Assembly: GCA_963822585.1 (NCBI GenBank)
Contig: CAWGIE010000019.1
Coordinates: forward strand, 256,001 to 320,000
Length of the DNA stretch: 64,000 nt
Reading direction: 5' to 3'
From: an uncultured bacterium
Lineage (GTDB): Bacteria > Auribacterota > Erginobacteria > Erginobacterales > Erginobacteraceae
Shown one piece after another: positions 29,691-39,888 of this stretch (position 1 is its first letter; each line of letters opens with the position of its first letter). Both the position numbers and the translations under genes were made by a program. The notes under the pieces are model-generated. The model worked only from the letters and a program-made list of their open reading frames with translations, was not told the origin of the DNA and did not search any database.

Positions 29691-30071
29691 TTTACCGCCC
29701 GGTGATATATTCCCGCTTCGGATTTTCCCCGATATTCATCGGGATCCCGATAACGATCTTGCTGTTTCGGAATTTCCCCGATAGCCATCGGGATCCCGAT
29801 TATCTATATATTTGAATAATGTATCGGGACAATAATCTTATTTTTTCTACGAAAAAATAGGAATGTGCAATCATTGAACCGACAGTGCGGGGATATTTTA
29901 AAGAAAATTCGTGTAATCCTTCGGCTACGCTCAGGACAAGTTTCGCGTAATTCATAGTTCTATTGAGTTGCCCGAGCGAAGCGAGGGCTGAGTTCTATAA
30001 TTATATCATGCAAACACAGAGCGGGGAATGGGCAACGGGAGAAGCCCCGGAAGCCAGGAGATGATCTTGTC

Positions 30072-31124
30072 TTACCGACCCGCCGAGCGGGCGGGCGGAA
30101 GTGTGCTCGGCGCCGGCGGACCGTGGGACTTCAGGTAATTGGCGACGATCCCGGCCACGGCCTTGTTCCCAAACGCGGTGGGGTGGGCCGAGTCAAAATG
30201 AAAGACGGGATAGGGGGTCAAATCCGGGAATTTCTCAACCAGCTGGTCGAGAAGGTTGATAAAGGGCAGCCCGTTTTCCCGGCAGGGACGGATCACTACC
30301 TGGTAATTCTTCTCGTAATCGGCGAAGCGTTTCTTGCTCTCGAATTTGGGGAAGATCAGCACCAGCGGCTCAAATCCGAACCGGTCGGCCAGTTTCTTGA
30401 AGTCGGCCAGCCCCTCGGCCACGAAATCTCCCTCGTAGTAATAATCCCGCATCGATTCCCGGACATCCTCCTCGTCGGGGTCGAGGGATTTGAGCCGGAC
30501 GGCGCAGAAAAGAAAGAGTTTGCTTTTGGCCAGGACTCGGGCCAGGGGTTGGGTCAGCATATAGACCAGGCGGCTATTCCTGACCAGGGCCCCCCGGAAC
30601 CGCATGTCCAGTTCGGATTTGTTCCGGTGGTCGTTGAAGCAATACTGCAGAATCACCAGGTCGGGGTGATAAGAGAGTCCTTTTTCCTTGAGCAGTTCGA
30701 CCTCGTTAATGGTGTTGTAGCCCAGGGTTCCGAAGTTGAGAACCTCCCAGCGTTTGCCCCAGACGTTTTCCCGGTTAAGCAGCTGCTCCAGCTGAAAGCA
30801 ATAGGTTTCATCGTCCTGGAGGAAGACGCCCATGGTCACGGAATCCCCGATGCAGATGACACGGACCGTATCCGGTTTCTTCGTGTTCGGGTCGCAAAGA
30901 CGGCCCCGGTAGCCGTCCTGGTTGATCTCGATCGCCGTCTTCCGGTAATAACTGACCCCGCTGGGCTTGAGGGTATAACGGAGCCGGGGATTGGTGGAGA
31001 AGACGATCCCGTCGGACGAGATCTCGGCCGTGTCCGGGGCCAGACCCAGAATGCGGATCAGCGCTTCCATCAAAAGGAGCGCGGCCAGCACCGCGCCCCC
31101 CAGGAGAAAAAGATTCTTCTTCAC
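30072..31124 (-). CDS. SGNH/GDSL hydrolase with N-terminal membrane anchor
   Basis: IGDSVTMG, NFGTLGY, CFND, DSAHPT. Confidence 0.9.
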   Translation of the reverse strand: MKKNLFLLGGAVLAALLLMEALIRILGLAPDTAEISSDGIVFSTNPRLRYTLKPSGVSYYRKTAIEINQDGYRGRLCDPNTKKPDTVRVICIGDSVTMGVFLQDDETYCFQLEQLLNRENVWGKRWEVLNFGTLGYNTINEVELLKEKGLSYHPDLVILQYCFNDHRNKSELDMRFRGALVRNSRLVYMLTQPLARVLAKSKLFLFCAVRLKSLDPDEEDVRESMRDYYYEGDFVAEGLADFKKLADRFGFEPLVLIFPKFESKKRFADYEKNYQVVIRPCRENGLPFINLLDQLVEKFPDLTPYPVFHFDSAHPTAFGNKAVAGIVANYLKSHGPPAPSTLPPARSAGR

Positions 31125-31340
31125 CGCGAAATGACCTTCGTTACCCTCATTTTCCTATCCTACGATGTGCTCTTATTTCGAGATTTCCCCGATAGCCATC
31201 GGAGTGCGCATCCTGCACGCGATAAAATATAAGATACCGCGGATTAAGCGGATTTTCTTTTAATCTGCATAATCCGCGGTTAACTCAGTCATGAAGATCA
31301 GTTTACACCTAAATATATTACGTGAAACAGGAAACCGGTC

Positions 31341-33512
31341 TCACAAGGGAATATCGGAGTCCCAGGAAGCGAAATCGAGGCCGGTGACGGCAGCGGCGAC
31401 CGTGGCGGCCTCGGTGGCCAGATCCATGGAGGCGATCACCAGGGCGCCGGACCGGCGGACATCGACCGGAGGGAGATCCCAGGTGTGCTCCTCGCGGCGG
31501 ATACGCGCGGTTTCTTCCTCAACCGCCTGACGGAATTTCTCCAGGCCGGCGGGGGCTTTCGCTATCTCTTCTTCCCGGAAGAGATCGCGGCAATACCGGA
31601 AGTCCTCCTCGATACCCCGACGCAGATCTTCGAGGACATTCTCCAGACGCCCGATCGGGGGTCGTCCGGAAAGGCTCGCCCGGACCCGGAAGAGGGCGAG
31701 GAGACGGAAAGAGAGCACCTGGAGGAGCGGGAGCAGCCGTTCGACTTTCGCCCGCTCCTCCGGACGGAAGAAACGGAGCTGGGAGAGCCACTGCCGGCAC
31801 CCGTTCAGGAAGACGGGGGTGCGGTCGGAGACGGCGCGGCTGGTCCCTTCCAGCGAGATACCTCCCTTCTCCTTCAAGAGGGATTCCCGGAAGAGATCGA
31901 AGAGGCGGGCCAGATTCCGCAGAAGCTCCCGGCGGGGAACTGCCGGCCAGAGAAACCGGACTACCAGCGCTCCCAAAAGGGCCCCCAGGATGATGCCGAT
32001 CGAACGGTTGAGGGCGGGGACGATGGAGAAGCTCTGCTGATAGCCCTGGGCCACGGTGAGGAGAAAACAGATCCCTGCCTGGAAGCCGGTATAGGCGTAA
32101 CGAGGGGGTCCGGCGTTGACAAGGGCGGCCAGAAAGATCACACCGAAGATCAGGAGGGCGAATCCCCAGATACTTTCCAGATGCGGCAGCACCAGGACAT
32201 AGGCGCCCAGCGCCAGGCCGCACCCGGCCAGGGCGCCGGAGAGTCGGCTGATCGATTTGATGTTGACGTCCCGGATGGACGGCTGGGCGGTCACCACCAG
32301 AAACGAGATCACCGCCTGCATCCCCGCCGGCCACCGGAAGTACCACCAGCCATAGAGAGCGATCACGATCCCGACGGCGATCCGGACGGCGAACTTGAAC
32401 CGGTCCGGGTCGAACCGGAACCGGCGGCCTTCCGGCGTGGGTCCGGGGGAAGAACCGGATGGCGAAGAGGAGAGAATAGTTGTCAACTCCTCCCGGGCGG
32501 AAGCGAGGGAAGAGACGCAGTCGCCCAGTGTATTGAAGAAGGCCAGCACCCGGAGGGCGGTCTCCAGGGGATAGCCAAGGGGAATTTTTTGTTTCCGGAG
32601 GCTGTCGAGGCGGACTTCAAGTTCCCGGAACCGCGCCCGATATCCGGCTGCCCCCTCCAGATGTCCGTCCGTCAAAGCCCGGCCGAAGTTCTCCAGTTCC
32701 TGACGGACGGCGGCGCCGAAGAGGTTCAGCTCTTTTATGAAGGCATTCCGGTATTCCCCCGCGATCTCCCCTTCCAGGCACTGACGCAGACCGGTGAGCG
32801 AGATGAAGAACTGCTTTAACCGGAGGATGAAGGAGAGGTAATGTTCTTTTCGCCGCCGGATGGTCCCGCTCTCCCGGGCGGCGTAATGAAGCAGATTCTC
32901 CATCCGGGAGAAACCTTCCCGTACCGTCATGCCGCGGAGATCGAGGCCGGCGGCCGGTTTCCGGCCGGCCACGAAAATATCGGCCAGCTCCGCGTAATAG
33001 GCCTCCATGTCGCGGAGGGCGCTCCGGATCGCGGCGGAGAGGGCGTCTCCGGCCCGCCGCGGCCAGAGAGAAGCATTGACGAAGATCGCCACCAGGACGC
33101 CCAGGGCGACCTCGGCGCAGCGGTAGGATGCCGTAGACCAGACCAGAGAGGGCTCCTGAAGACCGGAGAAGATGATGATCACCATGGTGCCCACACCCAT
33201 GATGACAGCGTAATTGCCCGCGGCCAGGTAAACGAAGACAACGATCACTACCGCCAGGATGGCGGTGAAGAGGGAGGGGGTCTGGACAAAGGCGGTCGTT
33301 AACAGGACCCCGGCCAGGGCGCCCAGCCAGGTCCCGAACAGCCTCAGGATGCTCTTCTCCAGGGAAGCGCCTAGATAGGGGAGCATGACCACCAGGACGG
33401 TGATGCCCGCCCAGTAGGGGCGATCCCAGTGAAACCACATGGCCAGAACGACGGCGGCGGCGACGCCGAGGGCGGTCTTCAGGGCATACTGAAGGCGGCG
33501 GAACCCGGTCAT
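31341..33512 (-). CDS. FUSC/AaeB-like efflux membrane protein
   Basis: YALKTAL..WDRPYWA..RLFGT..G; duplicated TM halves. Confidence 0.88.
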   Translation of the reverse strand: MTGFRRLQYALKTALGVAAAVVLAMWFHWDRPYWAGITVLVVMLPYLGASLEKSILRLFGTWLGALAGVLLTTAFVQTPSLFTAILAVVIVVFVYLAAGNYAVIMGVGTMVIIIFSGLQEPSLVWSTASYRCAEVALGVLVAIFVNASLWPRRAGDALSAAIRSALRDMEAYYAELADIFVAGRKPAAGLDLRGMTVREGFSRMENLLHYAARESGTIRRRKEHYLSFILRLKQFFISLTGLRQCLEGEIAGEYRNAFIKELNLFGAAVRQELENFGRALTDGHLEGAAGYRARFRELEVRLDSLRKQKIPLGYPLETALRVLAFFNTLGDCVSSLASAREELTTILSSSPSGSSPGPTPEGRRFRFDPDRFKFAVRIAVGIVIALYGWWYFRWPAGMQAVISFLVVTAQPSIRDVNIKSISRLSGALAGCGLALGAYVLVLPHLESIWGFALLIFGVIFLAALVNAGPPRYAYTGFQAGICFLLTVAQGYQQSFSIVPALNRSIGIILGALLGALVVRFLWPAVPRRELLRNLARLFDLFRESLLKEKGGISLEGTSRAVSDRTPVFLNGCRQWLSQLRFFRPEERAKVERLLPLLQVLSFRLLALFRVRASLSGRPPIGRLENVLEDLRRGIEEDFRYCRDLFREEEIAKAPAGLEKFRQAVEEETARIRREEHTWDLPPVDVRRSGALVIASMDLATEAATVAAAVTGLDFASWDSDIPL

Positions 33513-34387
33513 CAGCGGTGGGAGCCTCGGATATAGACGGTGGCGGTTTCTCCCATCCGGAGCGGATGGGAGGGATCGGGTTCGTCCAGCTCGATCCGGA
33601 CCGGGAAGCGCTGGGCCAGACGGATCCAGTCGATGGTCGGTTTCACCCGAGGGAGGAGATCGTCTTTCTTGCCGTCTCCCCGCTCGATCCCGGAGCCGAT
33701 GCTCTCCACCCGCCCGGTCAGCACCCGGCCGGGATCACCGAGCAGGACCACCTCGGCCCGGTCCCCGGGCCGGATCCGGGGAAGCCAGGTCTCCTTGAAA
33801 TAGGCCTCCACCCAGCAATCGTCGATCTCGATCAGGGCGAAGAGAGGGTCCCCGGTCCGCACATAGGTCCCGGGCCCCAGCTCCAGGCCGGTCACGACGC
33901 CGTCCGCCGGGGCATGGACCTTCGTGAACTCGAGCTGCTGGCGGACATGCTCGATCTCGGCCCGGGAGAGATCGACCTGCGCCTTGGCCTCCTGTTCCAG
34001 GGAGGAGAACTTCTGGTAGACCTCCTGGGCGATCAGTCCGTCGGGGACCAGCTTGTTCCGGCGCTTCTCTTCATCGAGGGCGTTCTGGTGAACGATCATA
34101 TCCTTATTGAGGGCCGCCTGGGCCTTCTCAAACGCCACCCGGTAGACGGAGGGGTCGATCTCCAGGAGGAGATCGCCTTTCTTCACCCGCTGGTTGTCCC
34201 GGACCACGATCCGGCTGATCGGGCCGCTTACCCGGGCGGTAATCCCGATCACGTTGGCCCGGACTTGTCCGTCCCGGGTCCAGGGGTCGCGGAAGAGTTT
34301 GTGGTAATAGACGATACCGACCAGGACCGCTACGGCGACGACAACGACAGTCACCATATGCTTGATCTGCAGTCTTTTATTTTTCAT
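33512..34387 (-). CDS. HlyD/AaeA-like membrane fusion protein
   Basis: PWTRDGQVRA, APADG, WVEAYFKET, WIRLAQRFPVRI. Confidence 0.92.
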   Translation of the reverse strand: MKNKRLQIKHMVTVVVVAVAVLVGIVYYHKLFRDPWTRDGQVRANVIGITARVSGPISRIVVRDNQRVKKGDLLLEIDPSVYRVAFEKAQAALNKDMIVHQNALDEEKRRNKLVPDGLIAQEVYQKFSSLEQEAKAQVDLSRAEIEHVRQQLEFTKVHAPADGVVTGLELGPGTYVRTGDPLFALIEIDDCWVEAYFKETWLPRIRPGDRAEVVLLGDPGRVLTGRVESIGSGIERGDGKKDDLLPRVKPTIDWIRLAQRFPVRIELDEPDPSHPLRMGETATVYIRGSHR

Positions 34388-34414
34388 AATTTATCTTCAA
34401 ATAAGGCCTCATTA

Positions 34415-34651
34415 GAGTTTACTCGAAAAGAACGTGAGCTCCCAAATCCTAATATCTTCAGCCAAAGGCTGATCCGCCCCTGGCGGAAAATACTAAATCC
34501 TAAATAATATCAAATGACCCAAACTAAAAATCCAAAGCAACGGGGCTAAAACCGGGGATATTTGGAACATTTGATCATTTGGATTTTGGATTTGTTTAGG
34601 ATTTCGATATTAGGATTTAGGATTTCCTGCTCGAAAACCATTTCGAGCAGG
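34415..34651. mobile_element. ~235-bp repeat element, copy 2, between the aaeX-like and aaeA-like genes
   Basis: Inverted near-copy of 20010-20224 with extra heptamer units. Confidence 0.75.
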
Positions 34652-34656
34652 CTCTG

Positions 34657-34863
34657 TTATGGCAGGAAGACGATCTCCAGGGTGAAGGTGACGATGGTCC
34701 AGAGGGCCAGGAAAAAGAGCGGCAGATGCCAGATGAAACGGCTCCAGCCCCGGCGGCGGAGCAGGGTGATCGTCAGCCAGGCGAAAGTGAAACCGGCGAT
34801 CCCGCAGAACAGAAGCCGCGGAACCAGTATCCCCCCGATCGAGATCTCCGCCGGTATGATCAT
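34657..34863 (-). CDS. DUF1656/AaeX-like small membrane protein
   Basis: EISIGGILVP...RFIWHLPLFFLAL; SD GGAGG. Confidence 0.85.
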   Translation of the reverse strand: MIIPAEISIGGILVPRLLFCGIAGFTFAWLTITLLRRRGWSRFIWHLPLFFLALWTIVTFTLEIVFLP

Positions 34864-35023
34864 AATTCCTCCGTTCACTTCTTGTTTAGGCGACGCATGA
34901 AAGCCAGCTCGCGGGATGCCTTTATTTTTATAGACCGATCTCAATAAAAATACCAGTTGGAAATCCAATCGCTCCGCCGTTCGGACATTGTACAAAACTA
35001 CCCCGATTTATGAATGAATCGGG

Positions 35024-36643
35024 TTAAAAGCGGAAAAGGGCATAGGAACAGGGGGCGCACTCGGCCTTTAGCCCTTCTTTCCCCCAGGAAAGAAGGACGC
35101 CCCGCCCCTGAATAAGTTCAGTCCTGCCCGTCCGCGGGCCGGACGGGCAGGACGCACGTACCTTTCGCCCGGACGGGTTGAGGACCACCAGGAACCGGGC
35201 GTCGCCCAACGCCCGCTCGTAGATGAAGGGGTACCGGTTTTTTTTCGCGTAGCGGACCTTGAAGGATCCGTCAGGGCCGAGGGCCGGGTTCTCCCGGCGA
35301 AGGGCGATCAGGCCGCGCACCCGGTTGAGCAGGGAACCGGGATCGTTCTCCTGGGCGGCAACGGAGGGACGGTCCGGATCGGGATCGAGGGGAAGGTAAA
35401 AACGGGAGGGGAGGGCGCGGGAGAAACCGGCCCGGGAAGTGCCGTCCCACTGCATCGGCGTCCGGGAGCCGGTCCGGTTGTACCCTCCCTCCTTCGACGG
35501 AAGGTCGGGGAGGTAGCGCATCCCGATCTCGTCTCCGTAGTAGATCGCCGGGACGCCGGGGAGGGTCAGGAGGCAGGCGAAAACGACTTCCAGGTCTTCC
35601 CGGGTGCGGCCGAGGCTGATCCGGGGAAGATCGTGGTTCCCGCTGGGGATGGAGACGTAGCCCTCCCCGGCGGGTGGCGCCAGATATCCGAGATACTCGC
35701 CGGTAAAGCGGGTGATGTCACCGCGGCCGGCGCGGTCGAAGAAGCTGCGTCCGCCTGTTCCCGGGTAGAGGTTCCGGCCGTCTTCCGCCCGGAAGAGCGA
35801 GGTGTAGCCGCCGGAAGCGAAGTGGAGGAGGAAATCAATATGAAAACCGGCCCGGATCGCCCGGTCCGGCCGCGACCACTCGGCGATGAAGGCCGCCTGG
35901 GGGTACTCCTTCCGCATCCGGGGGAGGATGGTCCGCCAGAGGGCGACCGTGGCCGCCTGGTCCGGGTCGTTCTTCACCATGCTGAAGGCCATGTCGATCC
36001 GGAACCCGTCCGCGCCCCGGTCGAGCCAGAAGCGCATGATCTTCGTCATCTCCCCCGTCAGCCGTCGCACCTCCGGATGCCGGGGGGAGATTTGCCAGGG
36101 CTTTTCCGGATCCGGGCGGGCGAAGCCGTAGTTGAGGGCGGGCTGGAACCAGAAGAAGTTGGCCAGGTAGTTCCCGTTCCTCTCCCCGTACCCGCGGACA
36201 AACCGGAGTCCCGGCTCCTTCTCCCAGACCGACCCCGTCCAGATGTACCGGCGGGCGAAGCGGCCCGGGCGCCGGGCGGCGGAATCCCGGAACCAGGGAT
36301 GCTCGATCGAAGTGTGGGCGGCGACCAGGTCGAGGACGACTTTCATTCCCCGCCGGTGAGCTTCCCGGAAAAGCCGGCCAAGATCGCGGTTGGTGCCGTA
36401 GCGGGGAGCCACCCGGCAGAAGTCGGAAACGTCATACCCGGCGTCCCGGAAAGGAGAGACGAAGACCGGCGTCAGCCAGATCACGTCGCAGCCGAGCGAT
36501 CGAATGTAATCCAGTTTCTCGATCACCCCCCCGATATCGCCGATCCCGTCCCCGTTGGAGTCGCGGAAACTCTGCGGGTAAACCTGGTAGATGACGGCGG
36601 AGCGGAGCCAGGCGGGAATATTCTCTTTCTTCTTTTTACTCAT
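35024..36643 (-). CDS. GH13 alpha-amylase family glycosidase
   Basis: YPQSFRDSNGDGIGD, DAGYDVSD, DLVAAHTS, DGFRIDMA, AEW, GNHD, YYGDEIGM, RTPMQW. Confidence 0.93.
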   Translation of the reverse strand: MSKKKKENIPAWLRSAVIYQVYPQSFRDSNGDGIGDIGGVIEKLDYIRSLGCDVIWLTPVFVSPFRDAGYDVSDFCRVAPRYGTNRDLGRLFREAHRRGMKVVLDLVAAHTSIEHPWFRDSAARRPGRFARRYIWTGSVWEKEPGLRFVRGYGERNGNYLANFFWFQPALNYGFARPDPEKPWQISPRHPEVRRLTGEMTKIMRFWLDRGADGFRIDMAFSMVKNDPDQAATVALWRTILPRMRKEYPQAAFIAEWSRPDRAIRAGFHIDFLLHFASGGYTSLFRAEDGRNLYPGTGGRSFFDRAGRGDITRFTGEYLGYLAPPAGEGYVSIPSGNHDLPRISLGRTREDLEVVFACLLTLPGVPAIYYGDEIGMRYLPDLPSKEGGYNRTGSRTPMQWDGTSRAGFSRALPSRFYLPLDPDPDRPSVAAQENDPGSLLNRVRGLIALRRENPALGPDGSFKVRYAKKNRYPFIYERALGDARFLVVLNPSGRKVRASCPSGPRTGRTELIQGRGVLLSWGKEGLKAECAPCSYALFRF

Positions 36644-36734
36644 AACAATACCGACACCAGGGAGCTTTCCTGCCGGAATGCATGGCCATGTTGTATCATA
36701 GCCACATCCCGCCCGGAAAAGAAAAATATTTCTA

Positions 36735-36762
36735 TTGACTTGGGGAGAGGAAAGCGTAGAGT
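36735..36762 (+). promoter_or_regulatory. Sigma70-like promoter of the first csp gene
   Basis: TTGACT-N16-TAGAGT, with the same layout at 37243-37270. Confidence 0.65.
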
Positions 36763-36775
36763 AGTCGCGTCTTAA

Positions 36776-36930
36776 GTAAGCATTGGTTCAACAGGTGTCA
36801 TACCCTGATCGGTCGCAAGTGCCTTACTGGAGCTTGCGGCCTTTTTTTTGAGCCAATCCGGGGAGTGGATTACCATCGGGAGAAGGTCTCCCGGTACACC
36901 TCCGGTTCGAACAATGCAGTATAGGAGATA
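36776..36930 (+). ncRNA. Structured csp 5' leader (putative attenuator), copy 1
   Basis: Conserved with 37287-37452; hairpin 36811-36841 followed by T8; covarying stems. Confidence 0.65.
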
Positions 36931-36936
36931 GCCATA

Positions 36937-37143
36937 ATGACTAAGGGTACAGTCAAATGGTTCAACGACCGCAAGGGCTTTGGATTCATCGCCCTGGAAA
37001 ACGGCGAGGACGTCTTTGTCCATCACAGCGCCATCCAGAGTGACGGGTTCAAGTCATTGAATGAAGGCGAAATCGTGGAATTCGACGTCGCCCCCGGCCG
37101 GAAGGGCCAACAGGCCATCAACGTGGTCCGTTCCCAGCAGTAA
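36937..37143 (+). CDS. cspA: Cold-shock protein
   Basis: GTVKWFN..KGFGFI, DVFVHHS, GFKSL.EG..VEF. Confidence 0.95.
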   Translation: MTKGTVKWFNDRKGFGFIALENGEDVFVHHSAIQSDGFKSLNEGEIVEFDVAPGRKGQQAINVVRSQQ

Positions 37144-37163
37144 ACACGGCCGTGTTGTACGGA

Positions 37164-37205
37164 ACAGGCCCCGGTTTTCATCCGAAAACCGGGGCCTGTT
37201 TTTTT
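37164..37205 (+). terminator. Rho-independent terminator
   Basis: ACAGGCCCCGGTTTTC-loop-GAAAACCGGGGCCTGT followed by a T run. Confidence 0.9.
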
Positions 37206-37242
37206 AAGGGCGGATGAGCATCGAAAAGAGGTAAAATAACTA

Positions 37243-37270
37243 TTGACTTATAAACTGAGGAGAGTAGAGT
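37243..37270 (+). promoter_or_regulatory. Sigma70-like promoter of the second csp gene
   Basis: TTGACT-N16-TAGAGT. Confidence 0.65.
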
Positions 37271-37286
37271 AGTCACCACAGTATTA

Positions 37287-37452
37287 GTAAGCCTTGGTTC
37301 AACAGGTAATTTCACCTGAGCGGTCGTGAGTGTCTTACAAAAACTCGCGGCCGTTTTTTTTGGACCGGCGCCGGCAAGGTGTTGTGTTTGGATCGGAAGA
37401 ATGTCTTCCGTCCCGCACGGTCCGGAAAAATGACATCATACAATAAGGAGTA
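37287..37452 (+). ncRNA. Structured csp 5' leader (putative attenuator), copy 2
   Basis: Hairpin 37321-37353 followed by T8; shared TTGGTTCAACAGGT. Confidence 0.65.
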
Positions 37453-37459
37453 GATTGTC

Positions 37460-37666
37460 ATGGCAACAGGAACAGTGAAGTGGTTTAACGATAGTAAGGG
37501 TTATGGATTCATAGCCCTGGATGGCGGTGAGGACGTCTTTGTCCATCACAGCGAGATCAAGACCGAAGGTTTTCGGACCCTGAGCGAGGGAGAGGCCGTC
37601 GAGTTCGAGGTCGCCCCCGGCCGTAAGGGTCAGCAGGCCATCAACGTAGTCTCCGCGCAGAAGTAA
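37460..37666 (+). CDS. cspA: Cold-shock protein (tandem paralogue)
   Basis: [22 protein letters not shown]. Confidence 0.95.
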   Translation: MATGTVKWFNDSKGYGFIALDGGEDVFVHHSEIKTEGFRTLSEGEAVEFEVAPGRKGQQAINVVSAQK

Positions 37667-37693
37667 GCACCCGGCAAGTCCGCGAACGCGGGA

Positions 37694-37735
37694 AAAAGCC
37701 CCGGTTCTCATAATGAGAACCGGGGCTTTTTTTTT
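37694..37735 (+). terminator. Rho-independent (bidirectional) terminator
   Basis: AAAAGCCCCGGTTCTCA-loop-TGAGAACCGGGGC followed by T9. Confidence 0.9.
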
Positions 37736-37819
37736 GAAGCAACCGTTCGACGCCGGGCAGGAGAGGCAAAAGTTAAGATAGGGGCCACCGGAGAACCATG
37801 TACGATCTCCCGGGAGGGA

Positions 37820-38040
37820 TCAGCGGCAGCCGAACAGGCGCAGCAGGTAATAGGCGACGCCGGGGATTGTGAGGAGCCACGCACAGACAATCCTGCCGGC
37901 GATGCCCCAGCGGACCGCCGAGATGCGGTGGGCCGACCCCACCCCGACAATCGCTCCGGTGATGGTGTGGGTGGTGGAAACCGGGACCCCCAGAAAGGTG
38001 GGGAGGAAAAGGGTGCCTGCCGCGGCCGGCGAAAAAAAGA
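37820..38040 (-). pseudogene. C-terminal remnant of a PiT phosphate transporter
   Basis: GVPVSTTHTITGAIVGVG..AVRWG..RIV.AWLLTIP; no N-terminal part. Confidence 0.8.
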
Positions 38041-38143
38041 ACGAGATAGAAGCAGGAAATCTGTTTACCCCCGGTGGGAGATAAATATTGTCCCGGCGGA
38101 ATATAATCGAGTATTCTCTCCCTAAAAATATCGGGAGGGATGA

Positions 38144-38560
38144 ATGGCCAGAGTGATTAATCGTAACTCGCCGGGTAAACGGCGGGGGCACCTGATGCGG
38201 ACCGTGGCCGAGATTCAGCGGCGGCTGCTCCGGAAGCAGGCGGTGGACGAAGACGTGAAAGACATGCTGGCGATGGCGGTCTTCTGTCTCCGGGAGATCG
38301 GGGAGACGGTCCGGGAGACCGTGGATGCCTGGGATGAACGCGGTTACTGGAAGAAGGCCGCGGACTTCGAAACCGGGTGGGAGTGGGCGGGAGAGACGGC
38401 CGATGAGATTGAGACGATCCTGCGCGGGGAGAGATGGGAGGCGCTTCCCGGTCTTCTGATCGCGCTGGCCGGCCGGACCGCCGCCATCGAGGTCAACACC
38501 TTCACGCGGAAAGAGACCCTCTGGAAGGGCTGCTTCCGGAAACTGATGGAAGACAGCTGA
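38144..38560 (+). CDS. Hypothetical protein
   Basis: SD GGAGG; GC3-rich codons; helical composition. Confidence 0.75.
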   Translation: MARVINRNSPGKRRGHLMRTVAEIQRRLLRKQAVDEDVKDMLAMAVFCLREIGETVRETVDAWDERGYWKKAADFETGWEWAGETADEIETILRGERWEALPGLLIALAGRTAAIEVNTFTRKETLWKGCFRKLMEDS

Positions 38561-39025
38561 TCCCCCCGCCTCACCCCCTTTTTAACAGACGATCGAATGT
38601 GATCGGATATGAGTGTTCCCCCTACCTCTCCCCCTTTCGGTCCACTGATTACACAGATTTTTACCCCGCGGCGCCGAAGGCACTTTGCGGGGACTCTGAA
38701 TGCTCCTACCGCCTCGCCCCCCTTAAATAGCCGCAAAACGTAGTCCCGGGGAGACCGGAACGGTGTCTTTTCGGGAGGTGCATAAAACGCAAAAGTTCCC
38801 CCTGCGTCGCCCCCTGGATATCATTGAACGTTGAGCGTTGAATGTTGAATGTTGAACGTTTATTTTTTCCCCTATCCGGGCGAATACCGGGGTTCGCCCC
38901 CACCGATCATTTGGCGTTCGACATTAGGCTTTTCCCAACGCCGTTATTCACCGATCACTGATTACCGATTACTGATTACCGTGTTCCCGGACGTCCTGCT
39001 CTATGCCCTATGCGCTATGCTTTTA

Positions 39026-39589
39026 TTATTTCTTCCGGTGATACATCCAGTAAATGACTACGGCGATAATCACCAGGGCGATGATCGCCACCAGCAATAT
39101 GTACTGGTAGAGAAGGGTAGCCAACACGGCCAGGATGAAGAGCAGCCCCCCGATCAGGGCGAAGATGGAGTCATAATAGAGCCCGGCCAGAAACGTGGTC
39201 AGTGCCAGGAGAAGCAGAATCACCAGGCCGGCCGTGATGTTGTCCGCGATCCCGGCATAGACCAGCAGATGAACGTGGAAGATGATGATCAGGAGGGCCA
39301 GCCAGTGAAGAACACCGTGCCAGATGGCCACACCCGTGATCTTCCGGGGTTTCGGCCTGTCGATCCGGCTCATCCAGAGCGAGAGGACGGCAAAGACCAC
39401 CACCGAGCATGTCCAGTACCAGCGGGAGAAAGATGATCCCCCCGAGCCCGTTCGGCCCATACAGGTAATGATGATCCCGACCAGGGATACGACCAGCAGA
39501 ATAGTACTGACCACCAAGCGGGCTTTCCAGTGTTTAAGTACCAGATCGGTGTGCAAACTCCCGTCGGCCCTCTCTTCTACGGTGCTCAT
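39026..39589 (-). CDS. Hypothetical membrane protein (about 6 TM)
   Basis: SD AGGAGGAG; hydrophobic segments. Confidence 0.8.
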   Translation of the reverse strand: MSTVEERADGSLHTDLVLKHWKARLVVSTILLVVSLVGIIITCMGRTGSGGSSFSRWYWTCSVVVFAVLSLWMSRIDRPKPRKITGVAIWHGVLHWLALLIIIFHVHLLVYAGIADNITAGLVILLLLALTTFLAGLYYDSIFALIGGLLFILAVLATLLYQYILLVAIIALVIIAVVIYWMYHRKK

Positions 39590-39630
39590 GGCTCTCCTCC
39601 TTTCTATAACGTTATCCGGGAAATTATTTT

Positions 39631-39840
39631 ACCACGAAGGACACGAAGAACACGAAGGTAAATATTCAGAAAATTTGATAGCGATGCGGTGAATCAATCA
39701 CCATGTGATTTTTCTCAAGATAGAGGTTGATGTAGGCTGCTATAATACTTCCCCCTCTTTAATAAATGTATAGATTCGTACCAGACAGATATGTTTGTTT
39801 TTACACATGTCCTCTTCGTGATCTTCGTGTCCTTCGTGGT
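39631..39840. mobile_element. Cargo-less element with GxxExxY-type 27-bp IRs
   Basis: ACCACGAAGGACACGAAGAACACGAAG ... CTTCGTGATCTTCGTGTCCTTCGTGGT. Confidence 0.75.
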
Positions 39841-39888
39841 TCTAATTACTTTTATTTCAATGTGATACGTTTTCCGAACAGGGTATAA

